Shown here one piece after another: positions 43,278-45,725 of a stretch of 45,725 nt of DNA (positions within the stretch are counted from its first letter, which is position 1; each line of letters opens with the position of its first letter). Origin of the DNA: Candidatus Shapirobacteria bacterium (GTDB lineage: Bacteria; Patescibacteriota; Microgenomatia; UBA12405); contig JAHFKH010000002.1 of the NCBI GenBank assembly GCA_023245435.1, positions 1 to 45,725 on the forward strand, written 5' to 3'. Position numbers and translations under genes: made by a program. The notes beneath the pieces are model-generated. The model had not been told where the DNA came from. It saw nothing but the letters and a program-made list of their open reading frames with translations, and ran no database searches.

Positions 43278-43829
43278 ATGAAAAAATATATTGCAATTTT
43301 AACCGTTTGTGTTTTAGTACTTAGCGCTTGTGGTGAACAAATTACAAGCAAAATTAATGAGACCAAAAATAAAGTTGAAAATAAAAAAACTTCAATAAAA
43401 GATTTGTTGGGTTTAGGTAAAGAACAAAAATGTGTGTGGTCGAGCGAAGTAGAAGGTGATAAATCGACGGGAACAATGTTGATTAAAGGAAATAAATTTC
43501 GTCAAAGTATAACCACTAAAATAACTGATCAAAAGGAAACAGCGATTGAAGTAATTACCGATGGAGTGTGGACATATTTATGGAATCCGAATACTAAAGA
43601 ACAAGGGATGAAAATGAAAGTGACAGACGAACAAAAAGCTGACACAGAAAAATTGGCCAACGGATCACTAGATTGGGGTAAAGAATATAATTATAATTGT
43701 TCCCCCGCTTCGGTGTCGGATAGCGAATTTACTCCACCAAAAGATGTAGAATTTATGGATTTACAGGCATTGCAAGAACAATTTAAAAACTTAATTCCAA
43801 GTGGAGTTGATGTACCTACTGGTGAATAA
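43278..43829 (+). CDS. lipoprotein of unknown function
   Basis: Signal peptide with lipobox, MKKYIAILTVCVLVLSAC. Confidence 0.75.
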   Translation: MKKYIAILTVCVLVLSACGEQITSKINETKNKVENKKTSIKDLLGLGKEQKCVWSSEVEGDKSTGTMLIKGNKFRQSITTKITDQKETAIEVITDGVWTYLWNPNTKEQGMKMKVTDEQKADTEKLANGSLDWGKEYNYNCSPASVSDSEFTPPKDVEFMDLQALQEQFKNLIPSGVDVPTGE

Positions 43830-45725
43830 AAAATATTGGATTGTGGGATTATTGTTATTGGTGTGTTTTTTGGGTTTGCGTTTAGTAAACATTGACCAAA
43901 ACTTAGTATTTTTATCTGACCAAGGGAGACATTTGTTGGAAGCGAAACAAATGGTTGAGAATCATAAGCTGCAACTTTTGGGGCCAGTGGTAACGTCAAA
44001 ATCAGTAGAAGGAAGGAATTTTTTTATAGGAGCTAACTATTATTATGTTTTGGCAATAGTTGGTTTAATTGCAGCTTGGGACCCGGTAAAAATTACTTTA
44101 ATTTTTGTTTTGATTGATTTAATATCTTGGCTATTTTTGTGCAAGTGGATGGCAAAAAAATTTAGCCATAAAATTGGATTAATTATTTTTACTTTTGTTA
44201 CTTTTTCCCCTTATTTAATTTTGCATAGCCGATTTTTTTGGAACCCGCATTTATTAATACCATTATCGGTAATGTATTTGTATTTTTTGGATAAATTTAA
44301 AATCAAACATAAAATGTGGTATTTGCTTTTGGCTTCGATTTGTTGGGGTTTTGCCACTGCTTGTCACTATGGGGCTGTGTTTTGGGTGGTACCTTTGGTG
44401 ATTATTTTGGGAAAGAAAAATATTTTTAAAATAAAAAATTGGTTAATTATTGTTTTGGGATTTGTAATCGGTGATTTACCTTTTTTTGTTTTTGAGTTGC
44501 GACATAATTTTTATAACATCAGAACAATGTTGTTAGTATTTGCAAAACCCGGCAGCGGGGGCATAATGCCCCATTACTTTATATTTCCAATGTTGGTAAT
44601 GGGAATATATTTGTTTGTAAAATATATTAAAATCAAAAAAATATATTTATTTTTGTTGATAGGTGGATTATGGTTGGGTCAGTTTTATATATTGGATAAA
44701 GTTGAAATTGATGGCTGGAAATATACCGATCAATTAAAAGTGGCTAATATAATTTCGAAAAATTGTGTGGGGCAATTTAATGTTGCCTCACTGGTTGAGG
44801 GAGACACCCAAACTTATAGTCAAAGATATTTGTTAAATTACTTTAAATGTAATCCATTGGGAATTACAGATTATCCTAACGCCAAAATATTATATGTGAT
44901 TGCTCCACGATATCGAAATGTGGAAAATGAATTGGTATGGGAAGTCAATAGTTTTGGAGGTAAGATAGTGAAAAAAATTGAGGTAAATAATAAGGTTTTT
45001 TTATATAAACTAGAAAAGCTGACTAGTGAAAAATATGTAACAATTGTAAACCCGGTTCGAAGTCGAGAACTATGGAAAGATGACAGTTTAAAACCAATTG
45101 AAGACCAATATACAATAATTAATAAATTGGGATTAAAGGCGACATGGCTAATTCAAAATGATGTTTTGTTAGATGCAAAATTGGTTTCTAAAATAAAAAG
45201 TTTTGATAATAATCAAGAATTGGGAATTTTTTTGGAGGTGTCAAAAAAATTAGCTTTAGAATCGAGAGTATATTTTGAAGAGCAGCAACCTTGGTATGAC
45301 CCACGAGTAGTTTTTTTGTCGGGATATGATATTGCTGATCGAAAAAAAATAATAGATAAAATGATTTTGGATTTTAAAAATACTTTTGGATATTTGCCAA
45401 AATCTGCGGGGGCGTGGTGGATTGATAGTTGGTCACAACAATATTTGGAAAACAAATATAATATAAAAATTGTTTTGATATGCAGTGATCAAAAAACGAC
45501 GGATAAATATGGAATATGGGGACAGTGGTGGGGGTACCCTTATATCCCCTCACCTGATAATATTTTGAGCCCGGGAAATTCTAAATCGGTAGTGATTCAA
45601 TGGGCACAACGCGATTTGGAAAAAGCCTATTTTGGATCAGGATTTAAAGTATCAAATTATTCGTTGCAAGCTAACGATTATTTGTCACAAAAACTAGATA
45701 TTAAATATTTTGAAAAATTAGCAAA
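43822..45725 (+). CDS. large multi-pass membrane protein with soluble C-terminal domain (GT-C/ArnT-like layout?), 3'-partial
   Basis: The reading frame is open from GTG 43822 (VNKKYWIVGLLLLVCFLGLRLVNIDQNLVFLSDQGRH...) to the window end with no stop. It is absent from the ORF track, presumably because it has no stop codon. It has about 9 hydrophobic segments and then a hydrophilic region. It overlaps the previous stop by 8 nt. Confidence 0.7.
   Translation, partial: MNKKYWIVGLLLLVCFLGLRLVNIDQNLVFLSDQGRHLLEAKQMVENHKLQLLGPVVTSKSVEGRNFFIGANYYYVLAIVGLIAAWDPVKITLIFVLIDLISWLFLCKWMAKKFSHKIGLIIFTFVTFSPYLILHSRFFWNPHLLIPLSVMYLYFLDKFKIKHKMWYLLLASICWGFATACHYGAVFWVVPLVIILGKKNIFKIKNWLIIVLGFVIGDLPFFVFELRHNFYNIRTMLLVFAKPGSGGIMPHYFIFPMLVMGIYLFVKYIKIKKIYLFLLIGGLWLGQFYILDKVEIDGWKYTDQLKVANIISKNCVGQFNVASLVEGDTQTYSQRYLLNYFKCNPLGITDYPNAKILYVIAPRYRNVENELVWEVNSFGGKIVKKIEVNNKVFLYKLEKLTSEKYVTIVNPVRSRELWKDDSLKPIEDQYTIINKLGLKATWLIQNDVLLDAKLVSKIKSFDNNQELGIFLEVSKKLALESRVYFEEQQPWYDPRVVFLSGYDIADRKKIIDKMILDFKNTFGYLPKSAGAWWIDSWSQQYLENKYNIKIVLICSDQKTTDKYGIWGQWWGYPYIPSPDNILSPGNSKSVVIQWAQRDLEKAYFGSGFKVSNYSLQANDYLSQKLDIKYFEKLA

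Noticed and set aside
1-45725. CRISPR arrays, rRNA genes, IS elements with terminal inverted repeats, reverse transcriptases/retrons.
   Set aside because: I found no regularly spaced direct repeats, no rRNA-like conserved stretches, no transposase-like ORF and no RT motif (YxDD) in any listed ORF.

Overview
This is an AT-rich bacterial chromosomal window. G+C looks like roughly one third by eye; I did not compute it. Genes are tightly packed and often overlap, the genetic code is standard, and many products are small membrane or DUF-type proteins. That style fits a small-genome uncultivated lineage such as Patescibacteria/CPR, but this is inference only. I support 52 protein-coding genes (one is partial at the 3' edge and missing from the ORF track), 2 tRNAs, one gene relic, and several regulatory or repeat elements.

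Layout:
- 1-5.7 kb: tRNA-Arg, tRNA-Ser, an MFS transporter and a MarR-linked MacAB-type efflux operon.
- 5.8-5.9 kb: a relic of a serine-recombinase 3' end next to a perfect 25-bp palindrome.
- 6-19.3 kb: mixed accessory and envelope genes (CadD-like, holin-like, patatin, MMPL plus TetR, a LUD-CDGSH-PCD operon, a GT2/methyltransferase/UppS cluster, a second TetR).
- 19.35-30.9 kb: a putative integrated element. It carries a large serine recombinase, an Mrr-type nuclease, an XRE regulator, and a TerS-like/TerL terminase pair with two DNA methyltransferases (one ParB-fused), but no capsid, portal or tail genes. It also carries a MerR/excisionase-like gene and a two-gene operon encoding an RHH-fused protein of unknown function plus a Shedu-like (DUF4263-type PD-(D/E)xK) nuclease. 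This is followed by a 7-bp motif array and an anomalously GC-rich ~95-nt non-coding patch.
- 30.9-45.7 kb: NUDIX/CYTH genes, transporters, a second MacAB-type operon next to a two-component system, DUF4342/DUF2207 envelope proteins and a large partial membrane protein.

The best candidate for something new is the RHH-X/Shedu-like operon with its upstream repeat array and GC-rich element, inside what looks like a decayed serine-recombinase prophage-like island. All family assignments come from motif recognition by eye, with no database search.
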